DNA of 57,914 nucleotides from a virus. Its lineage: Duplodnaviria; Caudoviricetes. Below, one piece after another: positions 1-8,637 of this stretch; the stretch's first letter is position 1, and every line of letters starts with the position of its first letter. The stretch lies in IMG/VR virus record IMGVR_UViG_3300044993_000054, positions 1 to 57,914 of that record. One strand, written 5' to 3'. The position numbers and the translations under genes are program-made. Below the pieces are notes generated by a model. It was not told the origin of the DNA and did not search any database. It was given only the letters and a program-made list of their open reading frames with translations.

Positions 1-112
1 AAGAACGTTATTCCCCAATGAATTATCTGTTCGCGCTCATGGGCTTCTGCGTCTTAACGTTCAGACCCACAGTCTCTGAACGTTATTCCCCAAGATTGGA
101 CCTTAAGACGGC
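1..112. repeat. Right part of the ~278-bp duplicated non-coding element R (identical to 30597-30708)
   Basis: Base-by-base identity of 1-112 with 30597-30708; the sequences diverge at 113/30709. Confidence 0.97.
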
Positions 113-384
113 CCTTGGGCGAGGTCCCTGACTTCGCGGGAAGCTGGAATTATGTGGGCGTAGCTGCCGCCCAGGTTCCCCTCCAGGGGAGAAGCGAAAC
201 CACAGCCGCTGAGCAGGAGAATCAGCGCGGCAGCCAGACCCGCCGCAACCAGACTTTTTAGGATCACCGCCGGCACGTCCTCCAGGCTTGCACCTCGGAG
301 AAGCATGACGATCAGAACCGCGTAGAACGTCACCGCCGCCCCCAGTATAGAAACTGTGGCCCATCCGATGAGCTCTAGCATCAA
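103..384 (-). CDS. Small membrane protein with a possible lipobox (LLSGC)
   Basis: Two hydrophobic segments; GGGAAGGAGG RBS; ATGA overlap with the upstream ORF; stop codon lies inside repeat R. Confidence 0.6.
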   Translation of the reverse strand: MMLELIGWATVSILGAAVTFYAVLIVMLLRGASLEDVPAVILKSLVAAGLAAALILLLSGCGFASPLEGNLGGSYAHIIPASREVRDLAQGPS

Positions 385-566
385 AAGCCTCCTTCCCGTC
401 TGACTGCGCTGAGGACGTTCTCCGACAGCTTGTCTTTGGACGGGAGTGCCTCAAACCGAAGTTGGAGGATCCCACCCCTTTCCGCTATCCTGCTCTGGAC
501 CTCTTCCAGCCAGGATAGGTTCTGGGCGTCTGAGACTTCGAGGACCATGTGAATTCTCAAGATCAC
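381..566 (-). CDS. Hypothetical protein
   Basis: 61-aa ORF with start/stop overlaps to both neighbours. Confidence 0.55.
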   Translation of the reverse strand: MILRIHMVLEVSDAQNLSWLEEVQSRIAERGGILQLRFEALPSKDKLSENVLSAVRREGGF

Positions 567-724
567 TTTGGCGTCCTTCCGATTTCAACAATGAGAAGCA
601 CAGACAGTGCGATCCCAACAACGTTTAGAGCCCAGCGAGGGAGGTCAGGGAAAAGTCTGGACAGGCCTTCTCCCAGCCCGATACCGGCGGCAGCGATCAC
701 CGTCAGCGAAACTATTGTGCGCAT
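563..724 (-). CDS. Small two-TM membrane protein (MRTIVSLTVIAAAG...VLLIVEIGRTPK)
   Basis: 53-aa ORF read manually (below the ORF-track cutoff); fills the gap between neighbours; two hydrophobic helices. Confidence 0.55.
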   Translation of the reverse strand: MRTIVSLTVIAAAGIGLGEGLSRLFPDLPRWALNVVGIALSVLLIVEIGRTPK

Positions 725-725
725 G

Positions 726-1100
726 TCAATCCACAGGGTCGAAGATGAAACATCCGTTGTCCCGATCCCAGCGAGCGCGATGCTCAGCCATTTCCATGGT
801 CCGTCTCCAGGGCCGATCCACCCTAGCCGTCAGCCTGAAATGACGGTCCTCCGCCCCTTGAGGGTAGAAGGAAAGGCTCATGCCAGAGCCGGAATGGACG
901 GGGTAGAGCCGCACCACTTCGTTCCGCCCCTGCCCGGGGAAATGTTGCCACCGGGTCGGAATGGGCCAGTTAAGGGCCATAACCCGTTCCAGGTCAGCCC
1001 CAATGTACAGGCTGAAGGTCCGCTCACTCAGGCTAATATACGCCCGCCAGGTCTTGCTGACCGGAGGACCGGGCCAATTCAGAACGCGAACCAGGTTCAT
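726..1100 (-). CDS. Hypothetical protein (likely start MNLVRVLNW)
   Basis: 3' part of ORF 726..1331; the ATG at 1100 overlaps the stop of 1100..1297. Confidence 0.55.
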   Translation of the reverse strand: MNLVRVLNWPGPPVSKTWRAYISLSERTFSLYIGADLERVMALNWPIPTRWQHFPGQGRNEVVRLYPVHSGSGMSLSFYPQGAEDRHFRLTARVDRPWRRTMEMAEHRARWDRDNGCFIFDPVD

Positions 1101-1297
1101 CAGCGTCCCTCCCTGTTCCAATGCGGATACAACTGTACCCCTGTCAACTTGAATGCGTCGTGACCCATGTCCTCCTTCAGGATTCGTTCCACTTCCTCCC
1201 GAAGAAGCCACATCTTGGTGTTCCCGTCCACCAACACTACCCGATCTTTCCGCTCCCCGCCCGTAAGCAAGAACGCCCGCAGCTTGATCATGCGCAT
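1100..1297 (-). CDS. Hypothetical protein
   Basis: 65-aa ORF with GGAGGAG RBS, coupled to neighbours. Confidence 0.55.
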   Translation of the reverse strand: MRMIKLRAFLLTGGERKDRVVLVDGNTKMWLLREEVERILKEDMGHDAFKLTGVQLYPHWNREGR

Positions 1298-2385
1298 TTG
1301 AGCTCCTCCAGAACCGCCTTGGCCAGATCAAGGCGTTTGCGGGTTACAAACCATTCGGCCCACAGGTCCAAGGACATGTCCCCCTGGGAGGATTTGAGAA
1401 GCTCCACCACAAGATAGGCTGCCCCTTTATCAACCATCCACTCTCCCATCTCCACAGAGGACAGGGTCCGGGGCTTGATCTGCTCATAACCCAGACTGGA
1501 TCCATCCACCCAAACCTTCGTCACGCCATCCTCCGCCATGAAGAAATAGCGGCGGTTCTGCTCCTGACCGATCTTCAAAATGGTGTCCACAGCCGCGCGG
1601 AAACAAGCATCAGGGATGTCTGCCGCTGGGGGCATCCAGACCGGGTTAGAGGTTGGACTTTGAGGTGCTGGCGTCTTCTCCCGAGGTTGGCGAGTTTTGA
1701 GGGCAATATCTTCGTTGCGAACCATCCAGACGTGTTCCCCGGTGACCTTGTCGAAAGCGTGCGAAGCCGAAGCGCAGGAGAAGGGTGGAAGGTTCAGACG
1801 ACACCCGCTTTTGACAATCCGCAGCGGGTTGTAAGGGCTGCGCTTCTGAAAGCCTACGGTGAGAATACCGTCCTCCCGCGTCCCCTTCTTTGTCACCACC
1901 AACCCGCGAATTTCCAACCCTTCGGGTTTACGGGTTATGGTGGTTTTGAGGAGCATCCCTTGAGTCAAAGCGTGTTCGGGGTGGGTGGCCACGTCCAGCC
2001 CCACGTACACCGACAGCCTTCCCCGCTTGGTGTCCGGTCGATACGTCACCTCACTGTAATTGTTCTTCTCGATCATTGTAGTGCTCCATTTCTGATCGGT
2101 CTTACCGGGGATAAGGTAGCCCTCCGGCTGGGGCTTCGTCAATTCAGATGTCTTGGTCCGCGTATCAAACTCCTTACAGACGCGCTGACTCACTCCCTTT
2201 CCAATGCCCAGGGTCCGGGCAATCTTGTCCATGCTGAACCCCTGTGACCGAAGACGTTGAATGGCCTTCACAGTGGCCTCTCCAGTTGGTTTCCGCCCGA
2301 TCTGCTTTCCAGCCGCCCGGGCGCGGGCCATACCCTCCTTTGTGCGGGCCACAAGGTAGGCTTTCCACTCCTCCGGTATCTCCAT
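1288..2385 (-). CDS. Fusion of a serine-resolvase C-terminal arm/HTH to a hypothetical protein (second in-frame start at 2076)
   Basis: RTKEGMARARAAGKQIGRKP followed by an HTH (SMDKIARTLGIGKG) matches the resolvase/invertase helix E and DNA-binding domain; no catalytic Ser domain; internal ATG (MIEKNN) is preceded by the phage GAAATGGAG RBS. Confidence 0.65.
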   Translation of the reverse strand: MEIPEEWKAYLVARTKEGMARARAAGKQIGRKPTGEATVKAIQRLRSQGFSMDKIARTLGIGKGVSQRVCKEFDTRTKTSELTKPQPEGYLIPGKTDQKWSTTMIEKNNYSEVTYRPDTKRGRLSVYVGLDVATHPEHALTQGMLLKTTITRKPEGLEIRGLVVTKKGTREDGILTVGFQKRSPYNPLRIVKSGCRLNLPPFSCASASHAFDKVTGEHVWMVRNEDIALKTRQPREKTPAPQSPTSNPVWMPPAADIPDACFRAAVDTILKIGQEQNRRYFFMAEDGVTKVWVDGSSLGYEQIKPRTLSSVEMGEWMVDKGAAYLVVELLKSSQGDMSLDLWAEWFVTRKRLDLAKAVLEELKCA

Positions 2386-2527
2386 CAGAACACCATCCAG
2401 AGAGTCCACATCCAGCGAGCTGCCGCGAGGAGCACCACCGCCAACGTGAGCGGCCACCCCTCCCACCACGACAGAGGGGTGTCCGGTTCCGTTCCGTCAT
2501 ACACCTTCATCTCATACCGCTCCCCCA

Positions 2528-3703
2528 TCACAACACCTCCTTTACCTTCGCCCGGGTGAGCTGCGTCTCAGCCACCCCGTTGTACTCCCCGTGTCCCTTC
2601 ACGGTCGCGTCCACCTTGTAGGTCCGGCCCACTTCCAGGTTAGCCCCGCCAGAGCTGAACCAGCTGAACACGTTCCCACGATCATCCTGAAGTTTGTAGA
2701 TGATCGTCAGTCCGTAGGTTCCGTGAATGCTGCGATTGCTCATGCACGTCACCCGAAGGTCCTTGATGCGCTCCCCCACGGCAAAGAGGTGACGGGAAGT
2801 CTCACGCTCGCGGCGCTGAACCTCCAGCTTGCTGAGATGGCGCTGATAGGCAGCCACCGCGCTGCAAGCGTAGCCCCGGCGGTTCATGGGAACAATCCCC
2901 GGCGCGAGAATGACGCGGAGATTGTGAATGTACTCGCTGTCCCCGGCTTCCTCGCTGGCAACCCAGTCCAGAACCGCCTGGGCCGTCTTCCAGTCTGCCT
3001 CGGTGATAGCCGCCCGGAGGGCATCCCGGTAAGCCTGACCCACCGTGTCACTGGGCGACACCCAGAACCAGGGTGCGATCTTCTCCGCTGTGGGCTTACC
3101 CGCCCATTCCGGTGCGCTCTTGGGCACCCAGCCCCAGAGCCGGATGGCGGTGGTCGTGACCGCCAGGAGCTCAAGGGCGGAGTTTTCAATGATCCCCGAT
3201 CCACCGAACTCCTCGCCAAGATCAGCCGCCTCGCGCAGGAAGTTGAAGCGGGCAGACACTGAGGCGGGAGTGTCCATGCCCATGTAGTCCCGAAGACAGG
3301 AACGCCCCACTTGGACCAGCTGTCCCTCATGGTCCCGGACCACGAACAGGTGCTTGCGGAAGCGGTTCTGCTGGCAGTGCTCGCATTCGCCCTTGGTATG
3401 ACGGAACCGCTCGGGCAGAACCTCGCCCGGGATGCTGTCAATGATCGCACCGTTGGGGGTGAGCTCCAGCTTGGCGATGAAGGTGTAGTTTCCGACCTTC
3501 GGAGCCTCCAGCGAGCTGAAGACGATGTCCCGAACCAGGACGCGGACCTTGCGCCCGTCCCGGTCCTCGCGGACATCTTCCCGGACCTCGCTCAAGGTCC
3601 AGGTGATCGGAGGCGTCCCGTACCGCTCCGCCTTCTTGGCGAGCTTCTTGAGCGCCTCCAGAGCCTCTTCCAGTCGAGCTTCGAGAACGGTGACCGCGTT
3701 CAT
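2528..3703 (-). CDS. Conserved phage early protein with a Cys/His cluster and a probable C-terminal OB-fold
   Basis: 391-aa ORF; CEHC...VGRSC; C-terminal YG...FSWF...ATVKGH...TQLTR pattern typical of OB-fold phage proteins. Confidence 0.6.
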   Translation of the reverse strand: MNAVTVLEARLEEALEALKKLAKKAERYGTPPITWTLSEVREDVREDRDGRKVRVLVRDIVFSSLEAPKVGNYTFIAKLELTPNGAIIDSIPGEVLPERFRHTKGECEHCQQNRFRKHLFVVRDHEGQLVQVGRSCLRDYMGMDTPASVSARFNFLREAADLGEEFGGSGIIENSALELLAVTTTAIRLWGWVPKSAPEWAGKPTAEKIAPWFWVSPSDTVGQAYRDALRAAITEADWKTAQAVLDWVASEEAGDSEYIHNLRVILAPGIVPMNRRGYACSAVAAYQRHLSKLEVQRRERETSRHLFAVGERIKDLRVTCMSNRSIHGTYGLTIIYKLQDDRGNVFSWFSSGGANLEVGRTYKVDATVKGHGEYNGVAETQLTRAKVKEVL

Positions 3704-3706
3704 GAC

Positions 3707-3931
3707 TCAGACCTCCACCCAGGTGTCAACTTCGGTGATCGGGTCACCGGGCTCCCCGGTGGGGAACCACTGGTTGCCGTCCGCGTCCGTGGCCCACGGC
3801 CAGAGGGCTTCCGTGCAGTCGTCAAGGGAGTAGGTGAAGCCTTCGTGGCTGATGTCCGCCCCGCCCGCGGCCCGGAGACGCTTGAGGGCTTCCGCGGGGG
3901 AGAGGGTGGGCTGATGCTTAGCGTTGGTCAT
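3707..3931 (-). CDS. Hypothetical acidic early protein
   Basis: First gene after the promoter at 3985-4013; GAAATGGAGG RBS. Confidence 0.65.
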   Translation of the reverse strand: MTNAKHQPTLSPAEALKRLRAAGGADISHEGFTYSLDDCTEALWPWATDADGNQWFPTGEPGDPITEVDTWVEV

Positions 3932-3970
3932 GTGGTCCTCCATTTCTCGGGCCACCCGGTGGACCGCCCA

Positions 3971-4013
3971 CCGGGGATAACTTAAATATAGTCTACCCCC
4001 GGGGATAAGTCAA
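3971..4013 (-). promoter_or_regulatory. sigma70 promoter TTGACT-N17-TATATT with two TTATCCCCGG boxes
   Basis: -35 at 4008-4013, -10 at 3985-3990; boxes (ccggggataa on +) at 3971 and 3999. Confidence 0.85.
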
Positions 4014-4018
4014 GACCC

Positions 4019-5176
4019 TCAAGACAACTTTTTTGCCCCCATCGACAAGGCAACCAATTTCTGTAGCAGGAAGTCCTGGAGTGCTCGAGACTCATCCACG
4101 TATCCGTGAGCCTTATGAAGCCATTCCTCATAGAGGGTGGCCACTACCGTCTCCAGTCCCCGATCCAGAGTGGACGCGGCCAGGAACACCTGATTGCGTT
4201 CCTTGTGCCACATCCCGAGGATGCCCGGACCGAGGCTTTCCACCACTTCCACTTCCTCTGGGCGCAGGGAAGCTCCGAGGTGGGACAGATAGGGGAAGGC
4301 CTGGAGAAACTTCGCCTGTGCCTCCTCGGTCAGCCTAGCACGCGGAAACACCCCCCGCTCCTGAAGGTGACGGTCCACCATTCTCCGGGCAGCGGAGTTG
4401 ATAGTCATGTTGGAGTAAGCCGAGGCTGCCGCGTCCAGAAACTCCTGAGAAGGGGTTCCACAAATCGTGAAGTCGAGTTTCTGATCCCAGCGGTCCCCAG
4501 TGGAAAGGAGTTGGACATGGAGACCACGGTGTGGGATACGCGGGATGAGCTGAGCGAGCTTCCACTGAACCGTGTACTGGCTTTCAAAGGTCCGGTCCTC
4601 GGTGAGAACCATCGGGCACAGGAGATTGTATTTGAAGGTGCTCTCCTCCGGGAGAACTCCCGCCCGCACACCTCGGTAGAACACGTGCCGGGTTGGGCCG
4701 GGGTATACTTCCAGAAACTCATTGGCAGCGATAGGCTTGCCGGCGATGAAAATGGCGTCCCGGTTAAGGTACTCCCTCTGAAGGGCATCTCCCGTTACCG
4801 CGAACACTGTATCAGCTGTTACCTCCTTGTCTGTGATGATCCCGGCTTCATCGAGAGTGTTGCTGTGCAGCTCCCGGTAGGCTTGCCAGACTTCCCAGTT
4901 ACGGCCCAGCTCAGTCGTGAAGGGCAAGGCTTCTTCGCCCATGTACAAACGATGGACAAGTTTCCCCCGGACCTCTGCCGGTCTAGCGGAGAAGGCAATA
5001 CGCTCCCCGCCCCGCGTCAACACCACATCGTGACCTGTGCGCAGCAAGGTGGACAGGGCGAACTTAAGCCCTGTTCCGAAGTATCCGATGGGGTTGTCGT
5101 TGTTCTTAACGGACACACCCATCACCCGGATCACGTCCAGATCAATGAGGCCAGCGTTGGCGAAGTACACAGTCAT
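4019..5176 (-). CDS. GHKL (HSP90/MutL-like) ATPase-domain protein with a C-terminal zincin-like segment
   Basis: IGYFGTGLKFA GHKL glycine motif, RELHSNTLD helix, C-terminal TLYEEWLH. Confidence 0.6.
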   Translation of the reverse strand: MTVYFANAGLIDLDVIRVMGVSVKNNDNPIGYFGTGLKFALSTLLRTGHDVVLTRGGERIAFSARPAEVRGKLVHRLYMGEEALPFTTELGRNWEVWQAYRELHSNTLDEAGIITDKEVTADTVFAVTGDALQREYLNRDAIFIAGKPIAANEFLEVYPGPTRHVFYRGVRAGVLPEESTFKYNLLCPMVLTEDRTFESQYTVQWKLAQLIPRIPHRGLHVQLLSTGDRWDQKLDFTICGTPSQEFLDAAASAYSNMTINSAARRMVDRHLQERGVFPRARLTEEAQAKFLQAFPYLSHLGASLRPEEVEVVESLGPGILGMWHKERNQVFLAASTLDRGLETVVATLYEEWLHKAHGYVDESRALQDFLLQKLVALSMGAKKLS

Positions 5177-5193
5177 AATGATCTCCAGTTTCG

Positions 5194-5442
5194 TTAAAGG
5201 CCCAAGGGATGAGGCACCCCGAAGATCGGGGACTTCAGCGCGAGCTCCCAGCGGTAAAGGTATTCCCTGGCGGCAGCTTCTTCGGAGCTTCGACCACTGT
5301 CAATGCGCACCGCAAGGCGCAGAACGGTGTCCATTCCAGGTACGCGGGGAAAGTCCCCCCAGGTACGAAGAAGCTCCAGCGCTTGCTTGGCCTCCTCAGC
5401 GTTCTTCGACCAAGCAGCTCGAACACGCTCAAACAGGCTCAT
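5194..5442 (-). CDS. Hypothetical protein
   Basis: 82-aa ORF coupled to the NADAR gene. Confidence 0.55.
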   Translation of the reverse strand: MSLFERVRAAWSKNAEEAKQALELLRTWGDFPRVPGMDTVLRLAVRIDSGRSSEEAAAREYLYRWELALKSPIFGVPHPLGL

Positions 5443-5932
5443 CGCGCAACTCCATCAGCATCTCCCCGAGGGCGTTACGACCACACCAGATAGGTCCTTC
5501 CTGCGTTACGCCCCAAACCCGATCCCCCCAGGTATTCCCCTCATAGATGAGACGGGAGCCGGTAAGTCTCAGCACGCGGCGGAACTCTGGGTGCTGTTCC
5601 CACTTCGCACAAAGGCAGCTCCACATCACGTCAAACTTCACTTCTTCCCAGTCATCCCGGAGCGGGATTTGCCGGCCCAGATACTTCGCACTTGCCGGGT
5701 TCTGAGCTCGCCTCACTTTATGGTGATCACGGGCAAACCTAGCCTTGGCGGCCTGAAAAGCATGCTCAGTGGAAGGATACAGAAGTTTGCCCCGCCCAAG
5801 GTTCAGCTCCACAGGGGTTTGGGCGAAGTTATCCAGAATGGACCATTCCCCGGAGAATATCCACATGATATGGTTTGGTCCCGGGACCACCCGCTGAAAA
5901 GGATACCGGCTGATGTCTCGGTTAGGCATCAC
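5429..5932 (-). CDS. NADAR (YbiA/DUF1768) family hydrolase
   Basis: Motifs LDNF, YPSTEHAFQAAK, AKYLGR, R.DWEEVK..VM, KWEQH, L..TG...IYEGN.WGD..WG, GRNALGEMLMELR. Confidence 0.9.
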   Translation of the reverse strand: MMPNRDISRYPFQRVVPGPNHIMWIFSGEWSILDNFAQTPVELNLGRGKLLYPSTEHAFQAAKARFARDHHKVRRAQNPASAKYLGRQIPLRDDWEEVKFDVMWSCLCAKWEQHPEFRRVLRLTGSRLIYEGNTWGDRVWGVTQEGPIWCGRNALGEMLMELRDEPV

Positions 5933-6531
5933 AGCACCACAGGGTCAGAACCGTCCAGAGGCAGCATCCAAGCGATTCCCTGAACCTCATTGTACACATG
6001 AATGCTAAGCCCTTCCTCCAGGGAACAGTCGATGATGACCAACTCCTCCCCGCAACGATAATACCGCGCCTGGTGGGATGCACCCAGATAGGCCTGATGG
6101 AGCGGGTCACCTTCCAGAGGCGAGGTGATCCCTGCGACCAGAGCCTGGAAAGCGTGAACCAGTGTCACCTCCGGCACGGGGTCATGCTCCATTTCACTCG
6201 GGTGTTCCAGGGAGTACCAGGAGGCGCAGAGGTCCTTCAGGTCCACACCGTTAGGAACCAGGATCACGTGACGCCCATGCTGCACTTCCCCGATACGCGA
6301 GGCGCGACCTTCCCGAACCACCATGCCCATCAGGCGGTTCTTCGGGGAAGTATACCACTCTGCCCACTGAACCGCGTCCCGGGGTGTGTCCGCCGTGATG
6401 CGGGAAGCCACTACCGGCTGGCCCGCATTCGTGTACCTGTACAGAACCAGGTCGCAACGCCCGTCCCTGGCGCGCGCCACCCTTACGGTCATCCCGAGGA
6501 TCGGGACGGGTTCCTTGCGAGTATCAATCAT
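5929..6531 (-). CDS. Hypothetical protein
   Basis: 200-aa ORF with GGAG RBS and overlap coupling. Confidence 0.6.
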   Translation of the reverse strand: MIDTRKEPVPILGMTVRVARARDGRCDLVLYRYTNAGQPVVASRITADTPRDAVQWAEWYTSPKNRLMGMVVREGRASRIGEVQHGRHVILVPNGVDLKDLCASWYSLEHPSEMEHDPVPEVTLVHAFQALVAGITSPLEGDPLHQAYLGASHQARYYRCGEELVIIDCSLEEGLSIHVYNEVQGIAWMLPLDGSDPVVL

Positions 6532-6533
6532 GG

Positions 6534-6767
6534 TTATTCTCCGTAAGCGAAGGCATCAAGGTTGATGCGGTTGAAGAACGCTTCGGCCTTGGCCGGAGTG
6601 TCCACCTCCCAGAACCTAGGAGGATTGGCGTTGATCGGGGTAATCCGCCCGTCAATCAACAGGAGGCAATCCGCCACCTTGTTGACGCAGCAGACGTTCA
6701 TGATCAAGCGGACGTGCCGCTGGTTGATCTTGGCTTCCCGGCAGAGGGTGTAAAGGGTGAAACTCAA
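6534..6767 (-). CDS. Hypothetical protein
   Basis: 77-aa ORF, TTG start after GGGAGG. Confidence 0.55.
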   Translation of the reverse strand: MSFTLYTLCREAKINQRHVRLIMNVCCVNKVADCLLLIDGRITPINANPPRFWEVDTPAKAEAFFNRINLDAFAYGE

Positions 6768-6791
6768 GGCTGGACCTCCCGTTGGTGTGGA

Positions 6792-6811
6792 GGCGGGGCT
6801 TTCGCCCCGCC
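6792..6811. terminator. GC-rich hairpin (GGCGGGGC TTTC GCCCCGCC)
   Basis: Perfect 8-bp stem just downstream of the 6818 stop; no clear U-tract on the minus strand. Confidence 0.45.
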
Positions 6812-6817
6812 AGTTTC

Positions 6818-7321
6818 TCAGGCCACTGCGGCCTCATACTGATTAGCCGGAACGAACTTCCCATCCACATAGATGCGAGCGGGGAACTGGTGGAAGGGCT
6901 TCCCCTGCGGGCTGACCTTGAACACCGTCTGCTGCTCAACCAGGACGTGATGACCGTTCCGGGTGCCGCTGAGGGTGAAGTCCGCGCCACGGGTGAAGGT
7001 GGCCTTGAAGTCCCCGAGGGTGCCCAGCTTCTTTTCGAGCTTGGCGGCGAAGTTAGCGATCAGCGCATCCGCGTTCTTCTCCGCGTTCTTGCGCAGCCAC
7101 GCCGCCTTGATCTCCCCGGTGGGGCGAGCATCGGCACGATCACTGCTCATGACCGCGAAGCTGCGCACGAAGCTCCAGGTGGCATCGTACGCCAGACGCC
7201 CCTTGGGCATGTTGTCCCAGGTGTCCGCGTACCGCTTGATGGTCAGGGTGACGTATGCCTCAAAGTCCGCGATGATGATGGGCTTCAGAGGAGCGAAGGC
7301 ATCTTTGAACAGGTTGGTCAT
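6818..7321 (-). CDS. Hypothetical early protein
   Basis: First gene after the 7366-7394 promoter; leader identical to that of the 3707 gene. Confidence 0.7.
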   Translation of the reverse strand: MTNLFKDAFAPLKPIIIADFEAYVTLTIKRYADTWDNMPKGRLAYDATWSFVRSFAVMSSDRADARPTGEIKAAWLRKNAEKNADALIANFAAKLEKKLGTLGDFKATFTRGADFTLSGTRNGHHVLVEQQTVFKVSPQGKPFHQFPARIYVDGKFVPANQYEAAVA

Positions 7322-7351
7322 GTGGTCCTCCATTTCTCGGGTTGGTCCCCA

Positions 7352-7394
7352 CCGGGGATAACTTAGATATAGTCTACCCCCGGGGATAAGTCAA
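7352..7394 (-). promoter_or_regulatory. sigma70 promoter TTGACT-N17-TATATC with two TTATCCCCGG boxes
   Basis: Near-identical copy (~70 bp, 1 mismatch) of the 3967-4036 block; boxes at 7352 and 7380. Confidence 0.85.
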
Positions 7395-7484
7395 GACCCT
7401 CAAGACAACTTTTTTGCTCCTCGGATAAAAAAGTTGCTGTGATGATCGGGAGGGTAGGACCTCGCCTTGTACTACGTTGAAAAG

Positions 7485-8138
7485 TCACCCTCCTTCTTGA
7501 TCCTTCACTCGCTTTCCGGTAGAATGACCCTGCTGGCCAGCCTGAGGATAAGGCGGACCCTCCCCTGTCTTACCCTCACCCGGCGGTGAGGTCCTCGCCC
7601 AAGCCGCCGGGAGCTCCCTCCACATGTTTTGAACCCAGTAGACCTGGTTGATCGCGTCATCCAGAGCGTTGTGATTCACGCCCCGCTTGGGTCGGACAGC
7701 GTTCTGCGCTAGCATGGAAAGTGTTCGCGTATCGCGGGCAGAAGCGTAGTGCCAGGGCTCAGGCATGCCCAATGTTCGGAAAGCGTTAGCTAGGATGGGG
7801 ATGTCAAAGTTTGCTCCGTTACTCCAGACATAGAGGAGCGGAGGATAAAGCGCAGCAATGTAGTTTTGGACGGTCATCAAAGCCTCATACAATGAAACGC
7901 CCTGCCCTGGGCGCGGGAGTGCCTCGCGTGCCGCCTGCTCCTGCATTATCCACCAATGGATAGTCGGCCAGTCCACGCGAAAGCCTGCATCCAGGCAAGT
8001 AGTCGGATCAACCTGGATGAGGATGCCGGGAGAACTTGGACCATCTCCATTCAACTCGAAGGGCACCAGCCCAATCTGCAGGATGACCGCATCCACGGCG
8101 GTGCTTAACGTCTCCAGATCAATCATCAGATTGGTCAT
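7485..8138 (-). CDS. DEDD 3'-5' exonuclease (Rv2179c/DUF5051-like)
   Basis: MIDLETL, VWSNGANFDIPIL, RDTRTL, HNALDDA motifs. Confidence 0.85.
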   Translation of the reverse strand: MTNLMIDLETLSTAVDAVILQIGLVPFELNGDGPSSPGILIQVDPTTCLDAGFRVDWPTIHWWIMQEQAAREALPRPGQGVSLYEALMTVQNYIAALYPPLLYVWSNGANFDIPILANAFRTLGMPEPWHYASARDTRTLSMLAQNAVRPKRGVNHNALDDAINQVYWVQNMWRELPAAWARTSPPGEGKTGEGPPYPQAGQQGHSTGKRVKDQEGG

Positions 8139-8637
8139 TTTCTTTCCTCGACATTAGACGTTCCACGATGGGCCAAAGGTTTGGGGGCTCATAGTCTGGC
8201 CCTTTCACCACTCTCCCCGCTTCGCTGACGATGGGCTTCCGGTCAGGACCGAGCTTGGACATGTTCGAGCGATGGACCTCCCGCATGCCCGAAAGTTTCC
8301 CGTCATGGAGCCCCAAGGTGAGATAGGTCCCGTCCACGACATAGCTCAAATCATTCAGGGCATCCAGACACTCCACAAGGTCGCGGCTGATGAAACCTGC
8401 CGCAAGCTCCGCTAGCTCCTCCTGTATGAGTTGAAGGCGCACCAAAAGAAGGGAACCCCCAACCTGGGCGGACGCAGCCTTGAGCTCTTCCGCCAGCCGT
8501 GCGGCCTCCTGGTGGTAGACGACCAATGCGAGATGCACCGGCTCATCGGGGATGTAGGGATGGGCTCCGATGTGACAGTTGAACGTCTCATGAAACTCTC
8601 GAACCATCTCCAGTCCCGGGTCAATTTCTTCACTCAT
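8119..8637 (-). CDS. MazG-like (PRA-PH/DR2231-type) NTP pyrophosphohydrolase
   Basis: VREFHETF, LIQEELAEL, DALNDLSYV, EVHRSNMSKLG..KP...GRVVKGPDY motifs. Confidence 0.85.
   Translation of the reverse strand: MSEEIDPGLEMVREFHETFNCHIGAHPYIPDEPVHLALVVYHQEAARLAEELKAASAQVGGSLLLVRLQLIQEELAELAAGFISRDLVECLDALNDLSYVVDGTYLTLGLHDGKLSGMREVHRSNMSKLGPDRKPIVSEAGRVVKGPDYEPPNLWPIVERLMSRKENDQSDD

Noticed and set aside
2076-2385. Functional integrase or resolvase implying a temperate lifestyle
   Set aside because: The catalytic serine domain is absent, and no repressor, att site or partition genes were recognised
3971-7394. CRISPR-like array from the ccggggataa repeats
   Set aside because: Only pairs of 10-bp boxes inside promoters, dispersed over the genome; no repeat-spacer periodicity and no cas genes
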